64,000 nucleotides of DNA from Eledone cirrhosa (taxonomy: Eukaryota), in assembly GCA_964016885.1 (NCBI GenBank), contig OZ024744.1:126976001-127040000 (forward strand), in the 5' to 3' direction. A program made the translations under genes and the position numbers. The notes under the pieces are model-generated. The model worked only from the letters and a program-made list of their open reading frames with translations. It did no database searches and was not told the DNA's origin. This document shows, piece after piece, positions 1 to 11,500 of the stretch. Within the stretch, counting starts at the first letter, position 1; each line of letters begins with the position of its first letter.

Positions 1-2500
1 GTTGGGGTTAAGTTAAGTTGGGTTTAATTTAAGTTGGGGTTAAGCTAAGTTGGGGTTAAATTAAGTTGGGGTTAAGTTAAGTTGGGGGTAAGTTAAGTTG
101 GGGTTATGTTAAGTTGGGGTTAAGTTAAGTTGGGGTTAAGTTAAGTTGGTGTTAAGTAAAGTTGGGGTTAAGTTAAGTTGTGGGTTAAGTTAAGTTGGGG
201 TTAAGTTAAGTTGGGGTTAAGTTAAGTTGGTGTTAAGTAAAGTTGGGCTTAAGTTAAGTTGGGTTTGAGTTAAGTTGGGGCTAAGTTAAGTTAGGGCTAA
301 GTTAAGTTGGGGTTAAGTTAAGTTGGGGCTAGGTTAAGTTGGGTCTAAGTTAAGTTGGGGTTAAGTTAAGTTTGGGTTAAGTTAAGTTGGGGTTAAATTA
401 AGTTGGGGTTAAGTTAAGTTGGGGTTAAGCTAAGTTGGGGTTAAGTTAATTTGCGGTTAAGTTAGGTTGTGGGTTAAGTTAAGTTGGGGGTAAGTTAAGT
501 TGGGGGTAAGTTAAGTTGGGGTTAAATTAAGTTGGGGTTAAGTTAAGTTGGGGTTAAGTTAAGTTGGCGTTAAGTTAAGTTGGGGTTAAGTTAAGTTGGG
601 GTTAAGTTAAGTTGGGGTTAAGTTAAGTTGGGGTTAAGTTAAATTGGGGTTAAGTCAAGTTGGGGTTAAGTCAAGTTGGGGTTAAGTCAAGTTGGGGTTA
701 AGTTAAGTTGGGGTTAAGTTAAGTTGGGGGTAAGTTAAGTTGGGTGTAAGTTAAGTTGGGGTTAAGTTCAGTTGGGGTTAAGTTCAGTTGGGGTTAAGTT
801 AAGTTGGGGTTAAGTTAAGTTGGGGTTAAATTAAGTTGGGGTTAAGTTAAGTTGGGGTTAAGCTAAGTTGGGGTTAAGTTAATTTGCGGTTAAGTTAGGT
901 TGTGGGTTAAGTTAAGTTGGGGGTAAGTTAAGTTGGGGGTAAGTTAAGTTGGGGTTAAATTAAGTTGGGGTTAAGTTAAGTTGGGGTTAAGTTAAGTTGG
1001 GGTTAAGTTAAGTTGGGGTTAAGTTAAGTTGGCGTTAAGTTAAGTTGGGGTAAAGTTAAGTTGGGGTAAAGTTAAGTTGGGGTAAAGTTAAGTTGGGGTT
1101 AAGTCAAGTTGGGGTTAAGTCAAGTTGGGGTTAAGTCAAGTTGGGGTTAAGTCAAGTTGGGGTTAAGTTAAGTTGGGGTTAAGTTAAGTTGGGGGTAAGT
1201 TAAGTTGGGTGTAAGTTAAGTTGGGGTTAAGTTAAGTTGTGGTTAAGTTCAGTTGGGGTTAAGTTAAGCTGGGGGTAAGTTAAGTTGGGTGTAAGTTAAG
1301 TTGGGGTTAAGTTAAGTTGGTTTTAAGTTAAGTTGGGGTTAAATTAAGTTGGGGTTAAGTTAAGTTGGGGTTAGGTTAAGTTGGGGTTAAGTTAAGTTGC
1401 GGTTAAGTTAAGTTGGGGTTAAGTTAAGTTGGGGTTAAGTTAAGTTGGGGTTAAGTTAAGTTGGGGTTAAGTTAAGTTGGAGTTAAGTTAAGTTGGGGTT
1501 AACTTAAGTTGGGGTTAAGTTAAGTTGGGGTTAAGTTAAGTTGGGGGTTAGTTAAGTTGTGGGCAAATTAAGTTGGGGTTAAGTTGGGGTTAAGTTAAGT
1601 TAGGGTTAAGTTCAGTTGGGGTTGAGTTAAGTTGGTGTTAAATTAAGTGGTGGTTATGTTACGTTGTGGGTAAGTTAAGTTGGGGTTAATTTAAGTTGGG
1701 GTTAAGTTGGCGTTAAGTTAAGTTGGGGTTAAGTTAAGTTGGGGTTAAATTAAGTTGGGGTTAAGTTAAGTTGGGGTTAATTTAAGTTGGGGTTAATTTA
1801 AGTTGGGGTTAAGTTAAGTTGGGGTTAAGTTAAGTTGGAGTTAAGTCAAGTTGGGGTTAAGTCAAGTTGGGGTTAAGTCAAGTTGAGGTTAAGTTAAGTT
1901 GGAGTTAAGTTAAGTTGGGGTTAAGTTAATTTGCGGTTAAGTTAGGTTGTGGGTTAAGTTAAGTTGGGGTTAAGTTAAGCTGGGGTTAAGTTGGGGTAAG
2001 TTAAGTTGGGGGTAAGTTAAGTTGGGGTTAAGTTAAGTTGGGGTTAAGTTAAGTTGGGGTTGAGTTAAGTTGGGGTTAAGTTAAGTTGGGGTTAAGTTAA
2101 GTTGGGGTTAAGTTAAGTTGGGGTTAAGTTAAGTTGGGGTTAAGTTAAGTTGGGGGCAAGTTAAGTTGGGGTTAAGTTAAGTTGGGGTTAAGTTAAGTTG
2201 GGGTTAAGTTAAGTTGGGGTTAAGTTAAGTTGGGGTTAAGTTAAGTTAGGGTTAATTTCAGTTGGGGTTATGTTAAGTTGGGGTTAAGTTAATTTGCGGT
2301 TAAGTTAGGTTGTGGGTTAAGTTAAGTTGGGGTTATGTTAAGTTGGGGTTAAGTTAAGTTGGGGTTAAGTTAAGTTGGTGTTAAGTAAAGTTGGGGTTAA
2401 GTTAAGTTGTGGGTTAAGTTAAGTTGGGGTTAAGTTAAGTTGGGGTTAAGCTAAGTTGGGGTTAAGTTAATTTGCGGTTAAGTTAGGTTGTGGGTTAAGT
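1..2500 (+). repeat. Higher-order block, copied at ~10593-13100 (offset 10,592), with a partial third copy at ~8570-9500
   Basis: Marker GGGTTTAATTT at 20, 8589 and 10612. Marker GTTGGTTTTA at 1316 and 11908. The intervening variants occur in the same order. Confidence 0.85.
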
Positions 2501-5500
2501 TAAGTTGGGGGTAAGTTAAGTTGGGGTTAAGTTAAGTTGGTGTTAAGTAAAGTTGGGGTTAAGTTAAGTTGTGGGTTAAGTTAAGTTGGGGTTAAGTTAA
2601 GTTGGGGTTAAGCTAAGTTGGGGTTAAATTAAGTTGGGGTTAAGTTAAGTTGGGGTTAAGTTAAGTTGGGGTTAAGTTAAGTTGGCGTTAAGTTAAGTTG
2701 GGGTTAATTTAAGTTGGGGTTAAGTTAAGTTGGGGTTCAGTTAAGTTGGGGTTAAGTTAAGTTGGGGTTAAGTTAAGTTGGGGTTAAGTCAAGTTGGGGT
2801 TAAGTCAAGTTGGGGTTAAATTAAGTTGGGGTTAAGTTAAGTTGGGGTTAAGTTAAGTTGGTGTTAAGTAAAGTTGGGGTTAAGTTAAGTTGTGGGTTAA
2901 GTTAAGTTGGGGTTAAGTTAAGTTGGGGTTAAGTTAAGTTGGTGTTAAGTAAAGTTGGGCTTAAGTTAAGTTGGGTTTGAGTTAAGTTGGGGCTAAGTTA
3001 AGTTAGGGCTAAGTTAAGTTGGGGTTAAGTTAAGTTGGGGCTAGGTTAAGTTGGGTCTAAGTTAAGTTGGGGTTAAGTTAAGTTGGGGTTAAGTTAAGTT
3101 GGGGTTAAATTAAGTTGGGGTTAAGTTAAGTTGGGGTTAAGCTAAGTTGGGGTTAAGTTAATTTGCGGTTAAGTTAGGTTGTGGGTTAAGTTAAGTTGGG
3201 GGTAAGTTAAGTTGGGGGTAAGTTAAGTTGGGGGTAAGTTAAGTTGGGGTTAAGTTAAGTTGGGGTTAAGTTAAGTTGGGGTTAAGTTAAGTTGGCGTTA
3301 AGTTAAGTTGGGGTAAAGTTAAGTTGGGGTAAAGTTAAGTTGGGGTAAAGTTAAGTTGGGGTTAAGTCAAGTTGGGGTTAAGTCAAGTTGGGGTTAAGTC
3401 AAGTTGGGGTTAAGTCAAGTTGGGGTTAAGTCAAGTTGGGGTTAAGTCAAGTTGGGGTTAAGTTAAGTTGGGGTTAAGTTAAGTTGGGGGTAAGTTAAGT
3501 TGGGTGTAAGTTAAGTTGGGGTTAAGTTAAGTTGTGGTTAAGTTCAGTTGGGGTTAAGTTAAGCTGGGGGTAAATTAAGTTGGGTGTAAGTTAAGTTGGG
3601 GTTAAGTTAAGTTGGTTTTAAGTTAAGTTGGGGTTAAATTAAGTTGGGGTTAAGTTAAGTTGGGGTTAGGTTAAGTTGGGGTTAAGTTAAGTTGCGGTTA
3701 AGTTAAGTTGGGGTTAAGTTAAGTTGGGGTTAAGTTAAGTTGGGGTTAAGTTAAGTTGGGGTTAAGTTAAGTTGGAGTTAAGTTAAGTTGGGGTTAACTT
3801 AAGTTGGGGTTAAGTTAAGTTGGGGTTAAGTTAAGTTGGGGGTTAGTTAAGTTGTGGGCAAGTTAAGTTGGGGTTAAGTTGGGGTTAAGTTAAGTTAGGG
3901 TTAAGTTCAGTTGGGGTTGAGTTAAGTTGGGGTTAAGTTAAGTGGTGGTTATGTTAAGTTGTGGGTAAGTTAAGTTGGGGTTAATTTAAGTTGGGGTTAA
4001 GTTGGCGTTAAGTTAAGTTGGGGTTAAGTTAAGTTGGGGTTAAATTAAGTTGGGGTTAAGTTAAGTTGGGGTTAAATTAAGTTGGGGTTAAGTTAAGTTG
4101 GGGTTAATTTAAGTTGGGGTTAATTTAAGTTGGGGTTAAGTTAAGTTGGGGTTAAGTTAAGTTGGGGTTAAGTCAAGTTGGGGTTAAGTCAAGTTGGGGT
4201 TAAGTCAAGTTGGGGTTAAATTAAGTTGGGGTTAAGTTAATTTGCGGTTAAGTTAGGTTGTGGGTTAAGTTAAGTTGGGGTTAAGTTAAGCTGGGGTTAA
4301 GTTGGGGTAAGTTAAGTTGGGGGTAAGTTAAGTTGGGGTTAAGTTAAGTTGGGGTTAAGTTAAGTTGGGGTTGAGTTAAGTTGGGGTTAAGTTAAGTTGG
4401 GGTTAAGTTAAGTTGGGGTTAAGTTAAGTTGGGGTTAAGTTAAGTTGGGGTTAAGTTAAGTTGGGGGCAAGTTAAGTTGGGGTTAAGTTAAGTTGGGGTT
4501 AAGTTAAGTTGGGGTTAAGTTAAGTTGGGGTTAAGTTAAGTTGGGGTTAAGTTAAGTTGGGGTTAAGTTAAGTTAGGGTTAATTTCAGTTGGGGTTATGT
4601 TAAGTTGGGGTTAAGTTAATTTGCGGTTAAGTTAGGTTGTGGGTTAAGTTAAGTTGGGGTTATGTTAAGTTGGGGTTAAGTTAAGTTGGGGTTAAGTTAA
4701 GTTGGTGTTAAGTAAAGTTGGGGTTAAGTTAAGTTGTGGGTTAAGTTAAGTTGGGGTTAAGTTAAGTTGGGGTTAATTTAAGTTGGGGTTAATTTAAGTT
4801 GGGGTTAAGTTAAGTTGGGGTTAAGTTAAGTTGGGGTTAAGTCAAGTTGGGGTTAAGTCAAGTTGGGGTTAAGTCAAGTTGGGGTTAAATTAAGTTGGGG
4901 TTAAATTAAGTTGGGGTTAAGTTAATTTGCGGTTAAGTTAGGTTGTGGGTTAAGTTAAGTTGGGGTTATGTTAAGTTGGGGTTAAGTTAAGTTGGGGTTA
5001 AGTTAAGTTGGTGTTAAGTAAAGTTGGGGTTAAGTTAAGTTGTGGGTTAAGTTAAGTTGGGGTTAAGTTAAGTTGGGGTTAAGCTAAGTTGGGGTTAAGT
5101 TAATTTGCGGTTAAGTTAGGTTGTGGGTTAAGTTAAGTTGGGGGTAAGTTAAGTTGGGGTTAAGTTAAGTTGGTGTTAAGTAAAGTTGGGGTTAAGTTAA
5201 GTTGTGGGTTAAGTTAAGTTGGGGTTAAGTTAAGTTGGGGTTAAGCTAAGTTGGGGTTAAATTAAGTTGGGGTTAAGTTAAGTTGGGGTTAAGTTAAGTT
5301 GGGGTTAAGTTAAGTTGGCGTTAAGTTAAGTTGGGGTTAATTTAAGTTGGGGTTAAGTTAAGTTGGGGTTCAGTTAAGTTGGGGTTAAGTTAAGTTGGGG
5401 TTAAGTTAAGTTGGGGTTAAGTCAAGTTGGGGTTAAGTCAAGTTGGGGTTAAATTAAGTTGGGGTTAAGTTAAGTTGGGGTTAAGTTAAGTTGGTGTTAA

Positions 5501-7400
5501 GTAAAGTTGGGGTTAAGTTAAGTTGTGGGTTAAGTTAAGTTGGGGTTAAGTTAAGTTGGGGTTAAGTTAAGTTGGTGTTAAGTAAAGTTGGGCTTAAGTT
5601 AAGTTGGGTTTGAGTTAAGTTGGGGCTAAGTTAAGTTAGGGCTAAGTTAAGTTGGGGTTAAGTTAAGTTGGGGCTAGGTTAAGTTGGGTCTAAGTTAAGT
5701 TGGGGTTAAGTTAAGTTGGGGTTAAGTTAAGTTGGGGTTAAATTAAGTTGGGGTTAAGTTAAGTTGGGGTTAAGCTAAGTTGGGGTTAAGTTAATTTGCG
5801 GTTAAGTTAGGTTGTGGGTTAAGTTAAGTTGGGGGTAAGTTAAGTTGGGGGTAAGTTAAGTTGGGGGTAAGTTAAGTTGGGGTTAAGTTAAGTTGGGGTT
5901 AAGTTAAGTTGGGGTTAAGTTAAGTTGGCGTTAAGTTAAGTTGGGGTAAAGTTAAGTTGGGGTAAAGTTAAGTTGGGGTAAAGTTAAGTTGGGGTTAAGT
6001 CAAGTTGGGGTTAAGTCAAGTTGGGGTTAAGTCAAGTTGGGGTTAAGTCAAGTTGGGGTTAAGTCAAGTTGGGGTTAAGTCAAGTTGGGGTTAAGTTAAG
6101 TTGGGGTTAAGTTAAGTTGGGGGTAAGTTAAGTTGGGTGTAAGTTAAGTTGGGGTTAAGTTAAGTTGTGGTTAAGTTCAGTTGGGGTTAAGTTAAGCTGG
6201 GGGTAAATTAAGTTGGGTGTAAGTTAAGTTGGGGTTAAGTTAAGTTGGTTTTAAGTTAAGTTGGGGTTAAATTAAGTTGGGGTTAAGTTAAGTTGGGGTT
6301 AGGTTAAGTTGGGGTTAAGTTAAGTTGCGGTTAAGTTAAGTTGGGGTTAAGTTAAGTTGGGGTTAAGTTAAGTTGGGGTTAAGTTAAGTTGGGGTTAAGT
6401 TAAGTTGGAGTTAAGTTAAGTTGGGGTTAACTTAAGTTGGGGTTAAGTTAAGTTGGGGTTAAGTTAAGTTGGGGGTTAGTTAAGTTGTGGGCAAGTTAAG
6501 TTGGGGTTAAGTTGGGGTTAAGTTAAGTTAGGGTTAAGTTCAGTTGGGGTTGAGTTAAGTTGGGGTTAAGTTAAGTGGTGGTTATGTTAAGTTGTGGGTA
6601 AGTTAAGTTGGGGTTAATTTAAGTTGGGGTTAAGTTGGCGTTAAGTTAAGTTGGGGTTAAGTTAAGTTGGGGTTAAATTAAGTTGGGGTTAAGTTAAGTT
6701 GGGGTTAAATTAAGTTGGGGTTAAGTTAAGTTGGGGTTAATTTAAGTTGGGGTTAATTTAAGTTGGGGTTAAGTTAAGTTGGGGTTAAGTTAAGTTGGGG
6801 TTAAGTCAAGTTGGGGTTAAGTCAAGTTGGGGTTAAGTCAAGTTGGGGTTAAATTAAGTTGGGGTTAAGTTAATTTGCGGTTAAGTTAGGTTGTGGGTTA
6901 AGTTAAGTTGGGGTTAAGTTAAGCTGGGGTTAAGTTGGGGTAAGTTAAGTTGGGGGTAAGTTAAGTTGGGGTTAAGTTAAGTTGGGGTTAAGTTAAGTTG
7001 GGGTTGAGTTAAGTTGGGGTTAAGTTAAGTTGGGGTTAAGTTAAGTTGGGGTTAAGTTAAGTTGGGGTTAAGTTAAGTTGGGGTTAAGTTAAGTTGGGGG
7101 CAAGTTAAGTTGGGGTTAAGTTAAGTTGGGGTTAAGTTAAGTTGGGGTTAAGTTAAGTTGGGGTTAAGTTAAGTTGGGGTTAAGTTAAGTTGGGGTTAAG
7201 TTAAGTTAGGGTTAATTTCAGTTGGGGTTATGTTAAGTTGGGGTTAAGTTAATTTGCGGTTAAGTTAGGTTGTGGGTTAAGTTAAGTTGGGGTTATGTTA
7301 AGTTGGGGTTAAGTTAAGTTGGGGTTAAGTTAAGTTGGTGTTAAGTAAAGTTGGGGTTAAGTTAAGTTGTGGGTTAAGTTAAGTTGGGGTTAAGTTAAGT
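2280..7400 (+). repeat. Tandem duplication, period ~2,633 bp
   Basis: GGGGTTCAGTTAAG has its C at 2738 and 5371. GTTGGTTTTA occurs at 3611 and 6244. Both copies carry six-copy GTCAAG runs. Confidence 0.85.
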
Positions 7401-7649
7401 TGGGGTTAAGCTAAGTTGGGGTTAAGTTAATTTGCGGTTAAGTTAGGTTGTGGGTTAAGTTAAGTTGGGGGTAAGTTAAGTTGGGGGTAAGTTAAGTTGG
7501 GGTTAAATTAAGTTGGGGTTAAGTTAAGTTGGGGTTAAGTTAAGTTGGGGTTAAGTTAAGTTGGCGTTAAGTTAAGTTGGGGTTAAGTTAAGTTGGGGTT
7601 AAGTTAAGTTGGGGTTAAGTTAAGTTGGGGTTAAGTTAAGTTGGGGTTA

Positions 7650-10600
7650 AGTCAAGTTGGGGTTAAGTCAAGTTGGGGTTAAGTCAAGTTGGGGTTAAAT
7701 TAAGTTGGGGTTAAGTTAAGTTGGGGTTAAGTTAAGTTGGTGTTAAGTAAAGTTGGGGTTAAGTTAAGTTGTGGGTTAAGTTAAGTTGGGGTTAAGTTAA
7801 GTTGGGGTTAAGTTAAGTTGGTGTTAAGTAAAGTTGGGCTTAAGTTAAGTTGGGTTTGAGTTAAGTTGGGGCTAAGTTAAGTTAGGGCTAAGTTAAGTTG
7901 GGGTTAAGTTAAGTTGGGGCTAGGTTAAGTTGGGTCTAAGTTAAGTTGGGGTTAAGTTAAGTTGGGGTTAAGTTAAGTTGGGGTTAAGTTAAGTTGGGGG
8001 TAAGTTAAGTTGGGGGCAAGTTAAGTTGGGGTTAATTTAAGTTGGGGTTAATTTAAGTTGAGGGTAAGTTAAGTTGAGGGTAAGTTAAGTTGGGGTTAAG
8101 TTAAGTTGGGGGTAAGTTAAGTTGGGGGTAAGTTAAGTTGGGGTTAAGTTAAGTTGGGGTTAAATTAAGTTGAGGTTAAGTTAATTTGGGGTTAAGTTAA
8201 GTTGGGGTTAAGTTAAGTTGGGGGTAAGATAAGTTGGGGCTAAGTTAAGTTGGGGCTAAGTCAAGTTGGGGTTAAGTCAAGTTGAGGTTAACTTAAGTTG
8301 GGGTTAAGTTAAGTTGGGGTTAAGTTAAGTTGGGGTTGAGTTAAGTTGGGGTTGAGTGAAGTTGGGGTTAAGTTAAGTTGGGGTTAAGTTAAGTTGGGGT
8401 TAAGTTAAGTCGGGGTTAAGTTAAGTTGGGGTTGAGTTAAGTTGGGGTTAATTTAAGTTGGGGCTAAGTTAATTTGTGGTTAAGTTAAGTTGGGGTTAAG
8501 TTAAGTTGGGGTTAAGTTAAGTTGGGGTTGAGTTAAGTTGGGGTTGAGTTAATTTGGGGGTTAAGTTAAGTTGGGGTTAAGTTAAGTTGGGTTTAATTTA
8601 AGTTGGGGTTAAGCTAAGTTGGGGTTAAATTAAGTTGGGGTTAAGTTAAGTTGGGGGTAAGTTAAGTTGGGGTTATGTTAAGTTGGGGTTAAGTTAAGTT
8701 GGGGTTAAGTTAAGTTGGTGTTAAGTAAAGTTGGGGTTAAGTTAAGTTGTGGGTTAAGTTAAGTTGGGGTTAAGTTAAGTTGGGGTTAAGTTAAGTTGGT
8801 GTTAAGTAAAGTTGGGCTTAAGTTAAGTTGGGTTTGAGTTAAGTTGGGGCTAAGTTAAGTTAGGGCTAAGTTAAGTTGGGGTTAAGTTAAGTTGGGGCTA
8901 GGTTAAGTTGGGTCTAAGTTAAGTTGGGGTTAAGTTAAGTTTGGGTTAAGTTAAGTTGGGGTTAAATTAAGTTGGGGTTAAGTTAAGTTGGGGTTAAGCT
9001 AAGTTGGGGTTAAGTTAATTTGCGGTTAAGTTAGGTTGTGGGTTAAGTTAAGTTGGGGGTAAGTTAAGTTGGGGGTAAGTTAAGTTGGGGTTAAATTAAG
9101 TTGGGGTTAAGTTAAGTTGGGGTTAAGTTAAGTTGGCGTTAAGTTAAGTTGGGGTTAAGTTAAGCTGGGGTTAAGTTAAGTTGGGGTTAAGTTAAGTTGG
9201 GGTTAAGTTAAATTGGGGTTAAGTCAAGTTGGGGTTAAGTCAAGTTGGGGTTAAGTCAAGTTGGGGTTAAGTTAAGTTGGGGTTAAGTTAAGTTGGGGGT
9301 AAGTTAAGTTGGGTGTAAGTTAAGTTGGGGTTAAGTTCAGTTGGGGTTAAGTTCAGTTGGGGTTAAGTTAAGTTGGGGTTAAGTTAAGTTGGGGTTAAAT
9401 TAAGTTGGGGTTAAGTTAAGTTGGGGTTAAGCTAAGTTGGGGTTAAGTTAATTTGCGGTTAAGTTAGGTTGTGGGTTAAGTTAAGTTGGGGGTAAGTTAA
9501 GTTAGGGTTAATTTCAGTTGGGGTTATGTTAAGTTGGGGTTAAGTTAATTTGCGGTTAAGTTAGGTTGTGGGTTAAGTTAAGTTGGGGTTATGTTAAGTT
9601 GGGGTTAAGTTAAGTTGGGGTTAAGTTAAGTTGGTGTTAAGTAAAGTTGGGGTTAAGTTAAGTTGTGGGTTAAGTTAAGTTGGGGTTAAGTTAAGTTGGG
9701 GTTAAGCTAAGTTGGGGTTAAGTTAATTTGCGGTTAAGTTAGGTTGTGGGTTAAGTCAAGTTGGGGTTAAGTCAAGTTGGGGTTAAGTCAAGTTGGGGTT
9801 AAATTAAGTTGGGGTTAAGTTAAGTTGGGGTTAAGTTAAGTTGGTGTTAAGTAAAGTTGGGGTTAAGTTAAGTTGTGGGTTAAGTTAAGTTGGGGTTAAG
9901 TTAAGTTGGGGTTAAGTTAAGTTGGTGTTAAGTAAAGTTGGGCTTAAGTTAAGTTGGGTTTGAGTTAAGTTGGGGCTAAGTTAAGTTAGGGCTAAGTTAA
10001 GTTGGGGTTAAGTTAAGTTGGGGCTAGGTTAAGTTGGGTCTAAGTTAAGTTGGGGTTAAGTTAAGTTGGGGTTAAGTTAAGTTGGGGTTAAGTTAAGTTG
10101 GGGGTAAGTTAAGTTGGGGGCAAGTTAAGTTGGGGTTAATTTAAGTTGGGGTTAATTTAAGTTGAGGGTAAGTTAAGTTGAGGGTAAGTTAAGTTGGGGT
10201 TAAGTTAAGTTGGGGGTAAGTTAAGTTGGGGGTAAGTTAAGTTGGGGTTAAGTTAAGTTGGGGTTAAATTAAGTTGAGGTTAAGTTAATTTGGGGTTAAG
10301 TTAAGTTGGGGTTAAGTTAAGTTGGGGGTAAGATAAGTTGGGGCTAAGTTAAGTTGGGGCTAAGTCAAGTTGGGGTTAAGTCAAGTTGAGGTTAACTTAA
10401 GTTGGGGTTAAGTTAAGTTGGGGTTAAGTTAAGTTGGGGTTGAGTTAAGTTGGGGTTGAGTGAAGTTGGGGTTAAGTTAAGTTGGGGTTAAGTTAAGTTG
10501 GGGTTAAGTTAAGTCGGGGTTAAGTTAAGTTGGGGTTGAGTTAAGTTGGGGTTAATTTAAGTTGGGGCTAAGTTAATTTGTGGTTAAGTTAAGTTGGGGT

Positions 10601-11500
10601 TAAGTTAAGTTGGGTTTAATTTAAGTTGGGGTTAAGCTAAGTTGGGGTTAAATTAAGTTGGGGTTAAGTTAAGTTGGGGGTAAGTTAAGTTGTGGTTATG
10701 TTAAGTTGGGGTTAAGTTAAGTTGGGGTTAAGTTAGGTTGGTGTTAAGTAAAGTTGGGGTTAAGTTAAGTTGTGGGTTAAGTTAAGTTGGGGTTAAGTTA
10801 AGTTGGGGTTAAGTTAAGTTGGTGTTAAGTAAAGTTGGGCTTAAGTTAAGTTGGGTTTGAGTTAAGTTGGGGCTAAGTTAAGTTAGGGCTAAGTTAAGTT
10901 GGGGTTAAGTTAAGTTGGGGCTAGGTTAAGTTGGGTCTAAGTTAAGTTGGGGTTAAGTTAAGTTTGGGTTAAGTTAAGTTGGGGTTAAATTAAGTTGGGG
11001 TTAAGTTAAGTTGGGGTTAAGCTAAGTTGGGGTTAAGTTAATTTGCGGTTAAGTTAGGTTGTGGGTTAAGTTAAGTTGGGGGTAAGTTAAGTTGGGGGTA
11101 AGTTAAGTTGGGGTTAAATTAAGTTGGGGTTAAGTTAAGTTGGGGTTAAGTTAAGTTGGCGTTAAGTTAAGTTGGGGTTAAGTTAAGTTGGGGTTAAGTT
11201 AAGTTGGGGTTAAGTTAAGTTGGGGTTAAGTTAAATTGGGGTTAAGTCAAGTTGGGGTTAAGTCAAGTTGGGGTTAAGTCAAGTTGGGGTTAAGTTAAGT
11301 TGGGGTTAAGTTAAGTTGGGGGTAAGTTAAGTTGGGTGTAAGTTAAGTTGGGGTTAAGTTCAGTTGGGGTTAAGTTCAGTTGGGGTTAAGTTAAGTTGGG
11401 GTTAAGTTAAGTTGGGGTTAAATTAAGTTGGGGTTAAGTTAAGTTGGGGTTAAGCTAAGTTGGGGTTAAGTTAATTTGCGGTTAAGTTAGGTTGTGGGTT
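7650..11500 (+). repeat. Tandem duplication, period ~2,104 bp (about 2,023 bp after ~8500)
   Basis: The rare variant AAGTCGGGG has its C at 8411 and 10515. GGGGGCAAG has its C at 8017 and 10121. GAGTGAAG is present in both copies. Confidence 0.8.

Noticed and set aside
1498-1503. GTTAAC and other short palindromes as regulatory or hairpin sites
   Set aside because: They are single-base derivatives of GTTAAG, too short to be meaningful, and have no gene context.
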